Shown here in pieces: positions 44,437 to 52,521 of a stretch of DNA of 52,521 nucleotides. A model generated the notes under the pieces. That model was not told the origin of the DNA and made no database searches. It saw only the letters and a program-made list of their open reading frames with translations. Source of the DNA: Phenylobacterium sp. GTDB lineage: Bacteria; Pseudomonadota; Alphaproteobacteria; Caulobacterales; Caulobacteraceae. Positions within the stretch are counted from its first letter, which is position 1, and every line of letters starts with the position of its first letter. Position numbers and translations under genes: made by a program. The stretch lies in assembly GCF_044372605.1 (NCBI RefSeq), contig NZ_JBILRO010000001.1, positions 1 through 52,521 of the forward strand, in the 5' to 3' direction.

Positions 44437-45036
44437 TTGAAGCGCTCGCGAACACTTGGGCTCACCAGTTTGATGGCAATGGGCGGCGTCTCGCTTTCAG
44501 CCTGCGGAACAGGCGACGTGGGCCCTACCGAGGGTTCGGATGCGACGACCGCATATTTCTATGGATCACTCCAGGCCTGCCGGGATCAGCGCGAAGTGCC
44601 GGACGACGCCTGCGACACCGCTGCGCGGATCGCCGTAGCTGACGACCGAAACGTCGCAACCTGGCCAGACCAGACAAGCTGCGAACGCGTTCACGGCCAG
44701 AATCAATGCACACCCCCATCGGCCGTCAGCGGTCACGGCACGTTCTGGGGACCCTTATTGATGGGCTTTGTGGTCGGTCGCGCCCGCGACGGAAGCTGGG
44801 GCGGCCGAGCGCTCTACCGGGACTGGCGGGCGGGCAGCTACTACGCAGCCGGCGGCGGACGAGTATGGCGGAGCTATCCCACCGGCCGCATGCACATCAG
44901 CCAGCGCAGCTTCGATCCACCCGACTATCGCCGGGGTCCGGAACGAATGCTCTGCAAGGGCGCCCCCGTCTCGCGGAGCGGATTCGGCAGCCGGATGGCT
45001 CGCGGCTGTACAGGTGAGGGCGGGTGGGGTGGATAA
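44437..45036 (+). CDS. DUF1190 lipoprotein, diverged tandem copy 2
   Basis: TTG start. Collinear with copy 1 (MKRSR, LSAC, EVPD.ACD, FWGPL..GFVVGR, LYRDWR, RSFD.PD, SRSGFG..WGG). Confidence 0.8.
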   Translation: MKRSRTLGLTSLMAMGGVSLSACGTGDVGPTEGSDATTAYFYGSLQACRDQREVPDDACDTAARIAVADDRNVATWPDQTSCERVHGQNQCTPPSAVSGHGTFWGPLLMGFVVGRARDGSWGGRALYRDWRAGSYYAAGGGRVWRSYPTGRMHISQRSFDPPDYRRGPERMLCKGAPVSRSGFGSRMARGCTGEGGWGG

Positions 45037-45049
45037 TCTCAATCCCCGG

Positions 45050-45200
45050 CGTGTCATCCCGGTTTTGGCGCGAGCCAAAGACCGGGACCCATAGACTCCG
45101 ACGGGCCGGCCTTCATCGAATGTCGCCGCCACTAGCCGTCTTCCGAACCACGGTGTGTATGGGTCCCGGTCTTCGCGTGCCGCGAAACCGGGATGACACG
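45050..45200. repeat. REP-like doublet: two inverted palindromic units with a spacer
   Basis: CGTGTCATCCCGG-hairpin-CCGGGACCCATA (45050-45093) and TATGGGTCCCGG-hairpin-CCGGGATGACACG (45158-45200) are mutual inverted repeats. Confidence 0.8.
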
Positions 45201-45278
45201 CGTGGTGGTGGTGGTGGTGCGCACTGTTCATCGACGTAGAATTGAGCTACGATCACGAAAGCGTGATCGGAGGCTGGC

Positions 45279-45956
45279 GTGAAGTGCAGACGTTGGGTTG
45301 TGATCTTGCTGGCGCTGGTGACGACGGCCTGCACAAACAGGGTCATCTCGCATCAACCCTTGTTCGCTCGCGACCGGGCCTTGGAGGGAACCCTCAAAGA
45401 GGGTGTGTGGGCTTCTACGGAACAAGGTTGTGTTTACAGCCTCGATCAGCCCATTCAGGCTTGGCCAGAGTGCGCGCAAGCCGCGTTGATTGGACCCAAG
45501 AGCTTCTCGAAAAAGGAATATCTTGTCGCCGGTGACCCCCTGATCGTGCAGTCGCGCTTCAGGAACCGGGGCAAGGCAAGCCACTATGCCTACACTGCCA
45601 TCCTTCCGCTGGCGCGCGACTCCGCCGGGAGAGTAACATCCTTAAAGGCATGGGCCGTTGAATGCGGACCGCCAGACATCGTGGGTGATGGCAGCGAGCG
45701 AGAGGTTCGCGTCACAAAGTCGCCTTTGCCTGGCCTGACCGTTGTGGGTGACAACTGCACGGCGCTCGAGCCCGCCCCGGTCAGGAATGCTTCGAAAGCG
45801 AGCCAGGCATGGAGTTATACCGTGACCCGACAATGGATGCGTCCGTCGCGGCGATCGGATAAGTTCGATGCCGCGATCGGCTGGAGCGTGGATCCACTTT
45901 TCAGCCTGCGGAAAGCCGAGGAGGCGCCAGCAGCCGAAGCGCCGCCCCCGCGCTAG
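45279..45956 (+). CDS. Hypothetical lipoprotein
   Basis: GTG start after GGAGG, lipobox-like VTTAC, four further Cys; fills the gap; codons visibly less GC3-rich than neighbours. Confidence 0.65.
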   Translation: MKCRRWVVILLALVTTACTNRVISHQPLFARDRALEGTLKEGVWASTEQGCVYSLDQPIQAWPECAQAALIGPKSFSKKEYLVAGDPLIVQSRFRNRGKASHYAYTAILPLARDSAGRVTSLKAWAVECGPPDIVGDGSEREVRVTKSPLPGLTVVGDNCTALEPAPVRNASKASQAWSYTVTRQWMRPSRRSDKFDAAIGWSVDPLFSLRKAEEAPAAEAPPPR

Positions 45957-46013
45957 CCTCCTTAACCCTTTCCCTGTAATCCGCGCGGCCAGCACCCGCA
46001 CGAAAGCCTTGCC

Positions 46014-47003
46014 ATGCCTGACCTCTACGACGTCGCCGCCATCGGCAACGCCATTGTCGACGTGATTGCGCCGGCCACCGACGCCTGGCTCGCCGAAAAC
46101 GACCTGACCAAGGGCGCCATGATGCTGGTGGATCCCGCCCGTAGCGCCCTGCTCTACTCGCGGATGCAGCAGGCCGTGGAAGCCTCGGGGGGCTCGGCGG
46201 CCAATACCATCGCCGGTCTGGCCAGCTTCGGCGGCAAGGGCGCCTTCATGGGCAAGGTGGCCGACGACGAACTGGGCCGCACCTTCGCCCGCGACATGCG
46301 CCAGATCGGGGCAAGGTTCGAGAATGCGCCGCTGGTCGGCGGCCCGGCGACGGCGGTCTCGATGATCAATGTGACGCCCGACGCGCAGCGCACCATGTGC
46401 ACCTTCCTCGGCGCCTCGGTGGAGTTCACGGACACCGACGTCGAGGTCGACACGGTCGAGGGTTCGAAGATCGTCTATCTGGAAGGCTATCTGTTCGACG
46501 CCGAGGCCGCCCGGCGCGCCTTCGCCAAGGCGGCGGCGCTTGCCCACGGCGCCGGGCGCAAGATCGCGCTGACGCTGTCCGACAGCTTCGTGGTGGAGCG
46601 CCATCGCGGCGGCCTGCTGGGTTTCATCGAAACCCAGGTCGACCTCCTGTTCGCCAATGAGAGCGAGATCCTCGCCCTGTTCGAGACCGACAGCTTTGAT
46701 GAGGCCTGTGAAGCGCTGCGCACCCGCTGCGATCTGGCCGCCGTCACCCGCAGCGACAAGGGCTCGGTGATCCTGAGCCAGGGCCAGCGTCTGACGGTCA
46801 AGGCCGAGCCGGTCGAGAAAGTCGTGGACACGACGGGCGCGGGCGACCAATACGCAGCCGGATTCATGTTCGGCCTTTCGCGGGGGCGTCCGCTGCAGCA
46901 ATGCGGGCAGCTGGCCTCGCTGGCGGCGGCCGAGGTGATCTCGCACTATGGCCCGCGTCCGCAGGTCTCGTTGAAGGATCTGGCCGCGTCCAGGGGATAC
47001 TGA
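46014..47003 (+). CDS. PfkB-family adenosine kinase
   Basis: GNAIVD, KGAM.L, GGSAANT, LFANE.E, DTTGAGD. Confidence 0.9.
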   Translation: MPDLYDVAAIGNAIVDVIAPATDAWLAENDLTKGAMMLVDPARSALLYSRMQQAVEASGGSAANTIAGLASFGGKGAFMGKVADDELGRTFARDMRQIGARFENAPLVGGPATAVSMINVTPDAQRTMCTFLGASVEFTDTDVEVDTVEGSKIVYLEGYLFDAEAARRAFAKAAALAHGAGRKIALTLSDSFVVERHRGGLLGFIETQVDLLFANESEILALFETDSFDEACEALRTRCDLAAVTRSDKGSVILSQGQRLTVKAEPVEKVVDTTGAGDQYAAGFMFGLSRGRPLQQCGQLASLAAAEVISHYGPRPQVSLKDLAASRGY

Positions 47004-47007
47004 GCCG

Positions 47008-47598
47008 ATGAGCCGCAAGGCCGAAGTTGTCCGCAATACGAAGGAAACCCAGATCCGCATCGCGGTGGACCTGGACGGGACCGGTGCGTCAGAAATCTCG
47101 ACGGGCATCGGCTTCTTCGACCACATGCTGGAAAGCTTCGCCCGGCACGGTGGTATCGACCTGAAGGTCGAGACCAGGGGCGACCTGCACATCGACATGC
47201 ACCACACGGTGGAAGACACCGGCATCGTCCTGGGCCAGGCGATCAAGGAGGCGATCCCGGGCTTCAAGGGCATCCGCCGGTTCGGCCACGCCTATATCCC
47301 GATGGACGAGACCCTGAGCCGCTGCGCCATCGACCTGTCCAATCGCCCCTATCTGATCTGGAACGTCGAATTCAGGACGCCCAAGGTCGGCGAGATGGAC
47401 ACCGAGCTGTTCAAGGAATTCCACCACGCCTTCGCCATGAACTGCGGCGCATGCGTGCATCTGGATCTGCTGCGCGGCGCCAATTCCCACCACATCGCCG
47501 AGAGCGGGTTCAAGGCGCTGGCGCGGGCCCTGCGTCACGCAGTCGAGCTCGACCCCAAGACCCATGGCCATGCGCCATCCACCAAGGGCGTGCTCTAG
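47008..47598 (+). CDS. hisB: Imidazoleglycerol-phosphate dehydratase
   Basis: TGIGFFDHML, D.HHTVED, PMDE, NSHHIAE, PSTKG. Confidence 0.98.
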   Translation: MSRKAEVVRNTKETQIRIAVDLDGTGASEISTGIGFFDHMLESFARHGGIDLKVETRGDLHIDMHHTVEDTGIVLGQAIKEAIPGFKGIRRFGHAYIPMDETLSRCAIDLSNRPYLIWNVEFRTPKVGEMDTELFKEFHHAFAMNCGACVHLDLLRGANSHHIAESGFKALARALRHAVELDPKTHGHAPSTKGVL

Positions 47599-47607
47599 GA
47601 AATCCCT

Positions 47608-48243
47608 ATGCAGAGCGTCGCCCTGATCGATTATGGGTCGGGCAATCTTCGCTCGGCCGAGAAGGCTCTGGTCCGCGCCGCCGACGGCCGCGCGGATATT
47701 GTCGTGACCAACGACCCGGCCATCGTGGCCAGCGCCGACAGGATCGTTCTGCCGGGCGTCGGCGCGTTCGCCGCCTGTATGGCGGCGCTCAGTGAGCGCG
47801 AGGGCGTAATCGAGGCGATGAACCATGCGGTGCATGATCGCGGCGCGCCCTTCCTCGGCATCTGCGTCGGTCTGCAGCTGATGGCCTCGCGGGGCCTCGA
47901 GTTCGGTGTGACACCGGGCCTCGGCTGGTTCGACGGCGACGTCCGCAAGATCGAGGTCGCCGATCCGCACCTCAAGATCCCGCACATGGGGTGGAATAAT
48001 CTGCTGGATGTCACCGATCTGCCGGTTCTGTCTGGTCTAAGGGCCGGCGCTCCGGTCTACTTCACCCACTCCTTCGCCATCTTCCCCTCCGACGACGCCG
48101 ATGTGGCAGCCTGGGTGGATCATGGCGGACGCTTCCCCGCGGCGGTCGCCCGGGGCAATCTCGCCGGGGTGCAGTTTCACCCCGAAAAATCGCAATCTGC
48201 CGGGCTCAAGCTTTTGTCCGACTTTCTGGAGTGGCGCCCGTGA
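47608..48243 (+). CDS. hisH: Imidazole glycerol phosphate synthase glutaminase subunit
   Basis: DYGSGN, LPGVGAF, GICVG.Q, PHMGWN, QFHPEKS. Confidence 0.97.
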   Translation: MQSVALIDYGSGNLRSAEKALVRAADGRADIVVTNDPAIVASADRIVLPGVGAFAACMAALSEREGVIEAMNHAVHDRGAPFLGICVGLQLMASRGLEFGVTPGLGWFDGDVRKIEVADPHLKIPHMGWNNLLDVTDLPVLSGLRAGAPVYFTHSFAIFPSDDADVAAWVDHGGRFPAAVARGNLAGVQFHPEKSQSAGLKLLSDFLEWRP

Positions 48244-48962
48244 TCCTGTATCCCGCCATCGATCTCAAGGACGGCCAGTGCGTGCGCGTGCTGCACGGCG
48301 ACCTCTCAACCGCCACGGTCTTCAATACCGAGCCGGCGGCCCAGGCGCGCACGTTCGTGGAGGCCGGGTTCCACTGGATCCATGTGGTCGACCTGAACGG
48401 CGCGGTTCAGGGCAAGGCGGTGAATGCGCCAGGCGTCGAGGCGATCCTGGCGTCCGTATCCGTGCCGGTCCAGCTGGGCGGCGGGATCCGCACCCTGGCT
48501 GATATCGAGCGTTGGGTAGAGGCCGGCGTCAGCCGCATCATTCTGGGCACCGTGGCCGTGAAGGATCCGAAGATCGTGCTGGACGCCGCCAAGCGCTGGC
48601 CCGAACAGATCGCCGTCAGCGTCGATGTGCGGGCGGGTAAGGTGGCCGTCGATGGCTGGACCGCCGACAGCGACCTCGACGCCATCACTGTGGCGAAACG
48701 CTTCGAGGATGCCGGCGTCGCCGCCCTGATCGTCACCGATATCGACCGCGACGGCACTGTGATGGGTTTCAACGTCGAAGCCTTCGGCGCCATGGCGGAT
48801 GCGGTATCCATCCCCGTGATCGCAGCGGGCGGGCTGGCTACAGTGGACGACATCGTCAAGCTGAAGGCGCGCAAGGGTGTGCCGGTGGCGGGCGCTGTGC
48901 TGGGTCGAGCGCTCTACAATGGCGCGATCGACCCCGCTGAAGCCCTTGGACTCGCGGCGTGA
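48240..48962 (+). CDS. hisA: ProFAR isomerase
   Basis: [40 protein letters not shown] overlaps the hisH stop. Confidence 0.97.
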   Translation: MILYPAIDLKDGQCVRVLHGDLSTATVFNTEPAAQARTFVEAGFHWIHVVDLNGAVQGKAVNAPGVEAILASVSVPVQLGGGIRTLADIERWVEAGVSRIILGTVAVKDPKIVLDAAKRWPEQIAVSVDVRAGKVAVDGWTADSDLDAITVAKRFEDAGVAALIVTDIDRDGTVMGFNVEAFGAMADAVSIPVIAAGGLATVDDIVKLKARKGVPVAGAVLGRALYNGAIDPAEALGLAA

Positions 48963-49729
48963 CGCTCAAGGTTCGCCTGATCCCCTGTCTGGACGTCAAG
49001 GACGGCCGGGTGGTGAAGGGCGTGCAGTTTGTGTCGCTGCGTGACGCCGGCGACCCGGTCGAGCAGGCCAGGGCCTATGATGCTGCGGGCGCGGACGAGC
49101 TGATGTTCCTCGACATCACCGCCAGCCACGAGAACCGCGGCACCATCCTCGATGTCGTGGCGCGGACGGCCGACGTCTGTTTCATGCCGCTGTCTGTGGG
49201 CGGCGGTATCCGGTCGGTGGAAGACGCCCGACGGCTGCTGCTGGCCGGCGCCGACAAGATCTCGATCATGACCGCCGCCGTCGCCGACCGGAACGTGGTC
49301 AGCGCCTGCGCCGACGCGTTCGGTAGCCAGGCCGTGGTCGTATCCGTCGATGCCAAACGTGTAGGGGCGCGCTGGGAGGTGTTCACTCACGGGGGCCGCA
49401 ATCCAACGGGTCTCGACGCTGTGGAGTACGCGATCGAGGTGGTCGCAAAAGGCGCAGGTGAAATCCTGCTGACTTCCATGGACCGCGATGGCGCCAAGAC
49501 CGGCTACGATCTGGACCTCGTGCGCGCCGTCAGTTCGGCGGTAAGCGTGCCGGTGATCGCATCGGGCGGCGCCGGAAATACCCGCCACCTTGTGGAAGGC
49601 GTTCAGGCCGGCGCTGATGCGGTGCTGGCCGCCTCGATCTTTCATTTCGGCGAAGTCAGCATCGGCGAGGCCAAGCGCGCCATGGCCGAGGCCGGCGTAC
49701 CCGTGCGCCTGACGGAGATCGCCGCATGA
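48959..49729 (+). CDS. hisF: Imidazole glycerol phosphate synthase cyclase subunit
   Basis: [44 protein letters not shown]. Confidence 0.98.
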   Translation: MTLKVRLIPCLDVKDGRVVKGVQFVSLRDAGDPVEQARAYDAAGADELMFLDITASHENRGTILDVVARTADVCFMPLSVGGGIRSVEDARRLLLAGADKISIMTAAVADRNVVSACADAFGSQAVVVSVDAKRVGARWEVFTHGGRNPTGLDAVEYAIEVVAKGAGEILLTSMDRDGAKTGYDLDLVRAVSSAVSVPVIASGGAGNTRHLVEGVQAGADAVLAASIFHFGEVSIGEAKRAMAEAGVPVRLTEIAA

Positions 49730-50049
49730 CCCGCTTTGCGCAAGTGATAGATCGCCTCTCGGCCACCATTGAAAGTCGCAAGGGCGCGGACGCCTCCACC
49801 TCCTACACCGCCCAACTGCTGGGTGACATGGACCGCGCCGCCAAGAAGCTGGGCGAGGAAGCGGTCGAGACCGTCATCGCCGCGGCCCATGGCGACCGCG
49901 ACGCCCTGACCGCCGAGAGCGCTGACCTGATCTACCACTGGCTGGTGCTGATCGCCGCCGCCGGCGTGAGCCTGGACGAGGTGGCCGTTCGGCTGGAGGC
50001 CCGGGAGGGCACAAGCGGTCTCGCCGAGAAGGCGTCACGACCGAAGTAG
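49726..50049 (+). CDS. hisE: Phosphoribosyl-ATP diphosphatase
   Basis: [30 protein letters not shown]. Confidence 0.96.
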   Translation: MTRFAQVIDRLSATIESRKGADASTSYTAQLLGDMDRAAKKLGEEAVETVIAAAHGDRDALTAESADLIYHWLVLIAAAGVSLDEVAVRLEAREGTSGLAEKASRPK

Positions 50050-50060
50050 CCCTGCTTTCT

Positions 50061-50564
50061 TCAGGCCCTGGGTTTCCGTTTCAGCGCCACATAGAGCGCG
50101 CCCTCGCCGCCGTGCCGGCGATGCGCTTCGGATATCCCGGCGACGATATGGGCCAGATGCGGCGCGCCCAGCCATTCCGGAACCCGGCGACGAAGGACAC
50201 CGTCGCCCTGAACCCCCTTGCCGGTGATCACCAGAATGGCGCGATAGCCTTCGTTCCAGGCCCCTTGCAGGAAACGCTCGAGGGCCACCCGGGCCCGGTC
50301 CTGCGTCAGGCCGTGCAGATCGATGCGGCCGCCGATCTCCTCGCGCTCACGGGCGATGCGATGGCGTCGATTGGGTTCGATGGCGTCGACGGCCTCGCGA
50401 AACGTCTCCGGTTCGGCAGGCGGACGTTTGGGCTCTACCCGCGCCGCCGCGTCCAGGGTCTGGGGACGCGCGGGCTTGGGGCTGTTGCGGTCCGTCAGCG
50501 GGTGGACTGTTGCGGTCACCATCGACCAGAGGCGATGGTCGTCTGGTTTCAGCGGCCGCTTCAT
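50061..50564 (-). CDS. Smr-domain protein
   Basis: IDLHG.T, LVITGKG, HGGEGALYV.L. Confidence 0.92.
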   Translation of the reverse strand: MKRPLKPDDHRLWSMVTATVHPLTDRNSPKPARPQTLDAAARVEPKRPPAEPETFREAVDAIEPNRRHRIAREREEIGGRIDLHGLTQDRARVALERFLQGAWNEGYRAILVITGKGVQGDGVLRRRVPEWLGAPHLAHIVAGISEAHRRHGGEGALYVALKRKPRA

Positions 50565-51697
50565 CGGGGGACCAGGCGGTAGAGGCGCAGCGTATGGCGG
50601 ACCCGACCGGCCTCGGCGCCGGCGGCTTCCCCTTCGCCCAGGTAGAGGTCAGCCCGAACTTCGCCCTTGATGGCACCGCCGGTGTCCAGCGCGCTGACCA
50701 GGCGTCGATAGGTCGGAAACGCCCCGGCAAGCAGCGGCGCTTCCCCGTCGATCCAGAGCAGGTCGCCGTAGGTGTGAAACGCCGGGTCGATGGCCACCGC
50801 GCGCCCGGACGGCAAGGGCAGGTTGGCGGCGCCTGCCGGGGGCTTGCCGTCGTCGGGAACCAGTCGGAAGAACACATAGCGCGGGTTGAGCTGCATGATC
50901 GCGTCGGCCTCAGGGCCCCGATGAGCCGCCAGCCAGCCCCGGATCGCATCGCCCCCAGTGTTGTCTCGCGCCAGCAGGCCGCGGTCCCGCATGGGATTGG
51001 CGATCCCGGCGAAAGGGCGACCGTTGTGAGCGGCGTAGATCACCTTCATCCGCCGGCCGCGCTCGAAGGTCAGCACGCCGGAGCCCTGGACCTGCAGGAA
51101 GAACAGCTCCTCTGGCCGCATCCAGGCCAGGGGTTGGCCCACAGGCCAGGCTTCGATGGCGGTCCGGTCAGGATAGGACTCAGCACTCCCGTCGGGTTTG
51201 ACCTGCAGAATGATGCCGCCGTCAGCCACCACGAGATCGGCGGGACGCGCCCGGACCGGGGCGCTGAATTCCTCGTCCGGTGCCTGTCGGGCGGGGTAGA
51301 CCGGCGCGAAATAGGCGGTCAGCACCCCCTCATCGCCCAGTTGTTCTGCCACGAACGCCGTTTCGAAGAACCTTCGCGCGTCACCGGGTCCGGGCTCTCC
51401 CGAGCCGCGCGCCCGCAAACAGGCGGCGGCCAGGGCGCGGTCACGCACCGCGGCGCAGGTCTTCACAAAGGCCTTGTAGGCGCCGTCAAAATCCTCGTGC
51501 CGCCACCCCGGAAGGTCGGAGACGGCAAGGCGCCGGGGTTCCGGCCTCGGCGTCGCCGGCGGCTCTGGGGGCCGTGGCGGCTCCGGTGTCGCGCCAGGTC
51601 GATCAATGGGCGGCGGCGGGCCGTGTTCAGAAGCGGTCGCGCAGGCCGACAGCGTCAGGCAGGCCAGAAGGACTAGGCCTGCGCGCACGAGCCTCAA
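50561..51697 (-). CDS. mltA: Membrane-bound lytic murein transglycosylase A
   Basis: Lipobox LSAC, TAYF.P, FFLQVQGSG, NPRYVFF, A.DP, DTGGAIKG..RADL.G.G (3D domain). Confidence 0.92.
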   Translation of the reverse strand: MRLVRAGLVLLACLTLSACATASEHGPPPPIDRPGATPEPPRPPEPPATPRPEPRRLAVSDLPGWRHEDFDGAYKAFVKTCAAVRDRALAAACLRARGSGEPGPGDARRFFETAFVAEQLGDEGVLTAYFAPVYPARQAPDEEFSAPVRARPADLVVADGGIILQVKPDGSAESYPDRTAIEAWPVGQPLAWMRPEELFFLQVQGSGVLTFERGRRMKVIYAAHNGRPFAGIANPMRDRGLLARDNTGGDAIRGWLAAHRGPEADAIMQLNPRYVFFRLVPDDGKPPAGAANLPLPSGRAVAIDPAFHTYGDLLWIDGEAPLLAGAFPTYRRLVSALDTGGAIKGEVRADLYLGEGEAAGAEAGRVRHTLRLYRLVPR

Positions 51698-52311
51698 GCC
51701 TCGGCGGCGTCCACGCGCACCAGCAGCCAGTTCGGATCGCGGCTTTTCAGGCGGCGCTCAAAGGTCCAGACCTCGGCGGTGCGGCGATCGTCCACGCCCT
51801 CGCCTTCCGGGCCTTTGGTGCGGCTGCGGAATTCGGCCAGAAACCGGACGCTCAGACGGGCAAGGTCGCCGTCGACCACATCGGCCATATCCAGGTCGGC
51901 GCGCGGCGGGTGGGCGAATTCTACGGTTTCCGTGCGGTTCTCGGCGACGCGCTGGTCGATGGCGGCTTCAAATCCGGCCAGAACGCCGGGCGCCAGCAGA
52001 TTGCCCAGGGTCGTCTTGTCCCCTTCGGCAAAGGCGGTGACGATCATCTGGTAGGCCGACCTCGAGCCACCGAGGAAGCTGGCCATGTCGAACCCGGGGT
52101 CGATGGCCTTGACAGCGGCCAGGCCAGTCAGGGCGACGCCCTCGTCAGCCGCCTCGACCTGAAGGTCCGGAGCCTTGATCGCTGGCCCGCCGGCTTCCGC
52201 GGCCGGGCGGTCCCCGGGTTGGCGGCCCACGCGCCGTCCCAGCACTGTATAAAGCTGATACAGCACGACCACGGCGAGACCCGCGAAGATGATCAGTTCG
52301 AGCGTTTGCAA
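51694..52311 (-). CDS. Tim44/TimA-like protein
   Basis: N-terminal TM, LGRR.G, DPGFD...F..G...AY, E.WTF.R...DPNW.L. TTG start inferred. Confidence 0.88.
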   Translation of the reverse strand: MQTLELIIFAGLAVVVLYQLYTVLGRRVGRQPGDRPAAEAGGPAIKAPDLQVEAADEGVALTGLAAVKAIDPGFDMASFLGGSRSAYQMIVTAFAEGDKTTLGNLLAPGVLAGFEAAIDQRVAENRTETVEFAHPPRADLDMADVVDGDLARLSVRFLAEFRSRTKGPEGEGVDDRRTAEVWTFERRLKSRDPNWLLVRVDAAEA

Positions 52312-52482
52312 CAGTTGGCCTTCAAGTGATGCGCAGAAACGACAATACGCTGCATAGCGCAATATAGTCGTACGCGAACCCCGTGTTAGGGGTGACGTTG
52401 CATCGTCCGGGGCGCCATGTTAGCGGCTCGGCCCCAACACGGCGCGATCCGGCGCCCTTCGCAAAGAGACATTCTGGCCGTC

Positions 52483-52521
52483 ATGACCGATATCGATCCC
52501 GGCGCCGCGGCGCCCGAGGCC
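52483..52521 (+). CDS. Start of a divergent gene (MTDIDPGAAAPEA...), possibly secB, truncated by the window edge
   Basis: ATG with an open frame to the edge. Identity rests only on the usual secB/Tim44 divergence in Alphaproteobacteria. Confidence 0.4.
   Translation, partial: MTDIDPGAAAPEA

Noticed and set aside
45202-45219. (GTG)6 tract encoding His6 in minus-strand ORF 44755-45231
   Set aside because: The ORF runs through the REP and antisense to DUF1190 copy 2; the tract is intergenic and too short to support phase variation.
47008-50049. his cluster lacks hisG/D/C/I
   Set aside because: A split his operon with hisB-H-A-F-E together is ordinary in Alphaproteobacteria.

Overview
High-GC alphaproteobacterial chromosomal segment. 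Gene content and order (large NAD-GDH/purH, fabA-fabB-fabI, cnoX, argG-kup, hslVU, hisBHAFE, mltA-Tim44), a PEPxxWA-CTERM gene and CIR-like repeats point to Caulobacteraceae (Phenylobacterium/Caulobacter-like; inference). Most of the window is housekeeping: about 55 CDSs and one tRNA-Gly(GCC). Non-coding elements read from the sequence: a ZMP/ZTP riboswitch with an SD-sequestering hairpin upstream of purH, two CIR-like bipartite palindromes, a REP-like doublet, a perfect operator palindrome before an Acg-nitroreductase/MarR pair, three candidate sigma32 promoters, and an orphan terminator suggesting an unannotated sRNA. Two loci are the best candidates for a poorly described system. (1) Next to tRNA-Gly (17.0-22.7 kb): a secreted caspase-like protease with an intact His/Cys dyad and 8 SEL1 repeats, coupled to a secreted Gly-zipper/helical/SH3-like protein with an RR site, followed by a TonB-dependent receptor. 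(2) A yjfIJKLMC-type PspA/ATP-grasp envelope locus split into a divergon, with a palindrome beside a near-consensus promoter, a putative DNA-binding extension on YjfI and a duplicated, diverged DUF1190 lipoprotein (40.0-45.0 kb). No transposase, integrase or CRISPR array was seen. All family assignments come from recognising motifs by eye, not from database searches.
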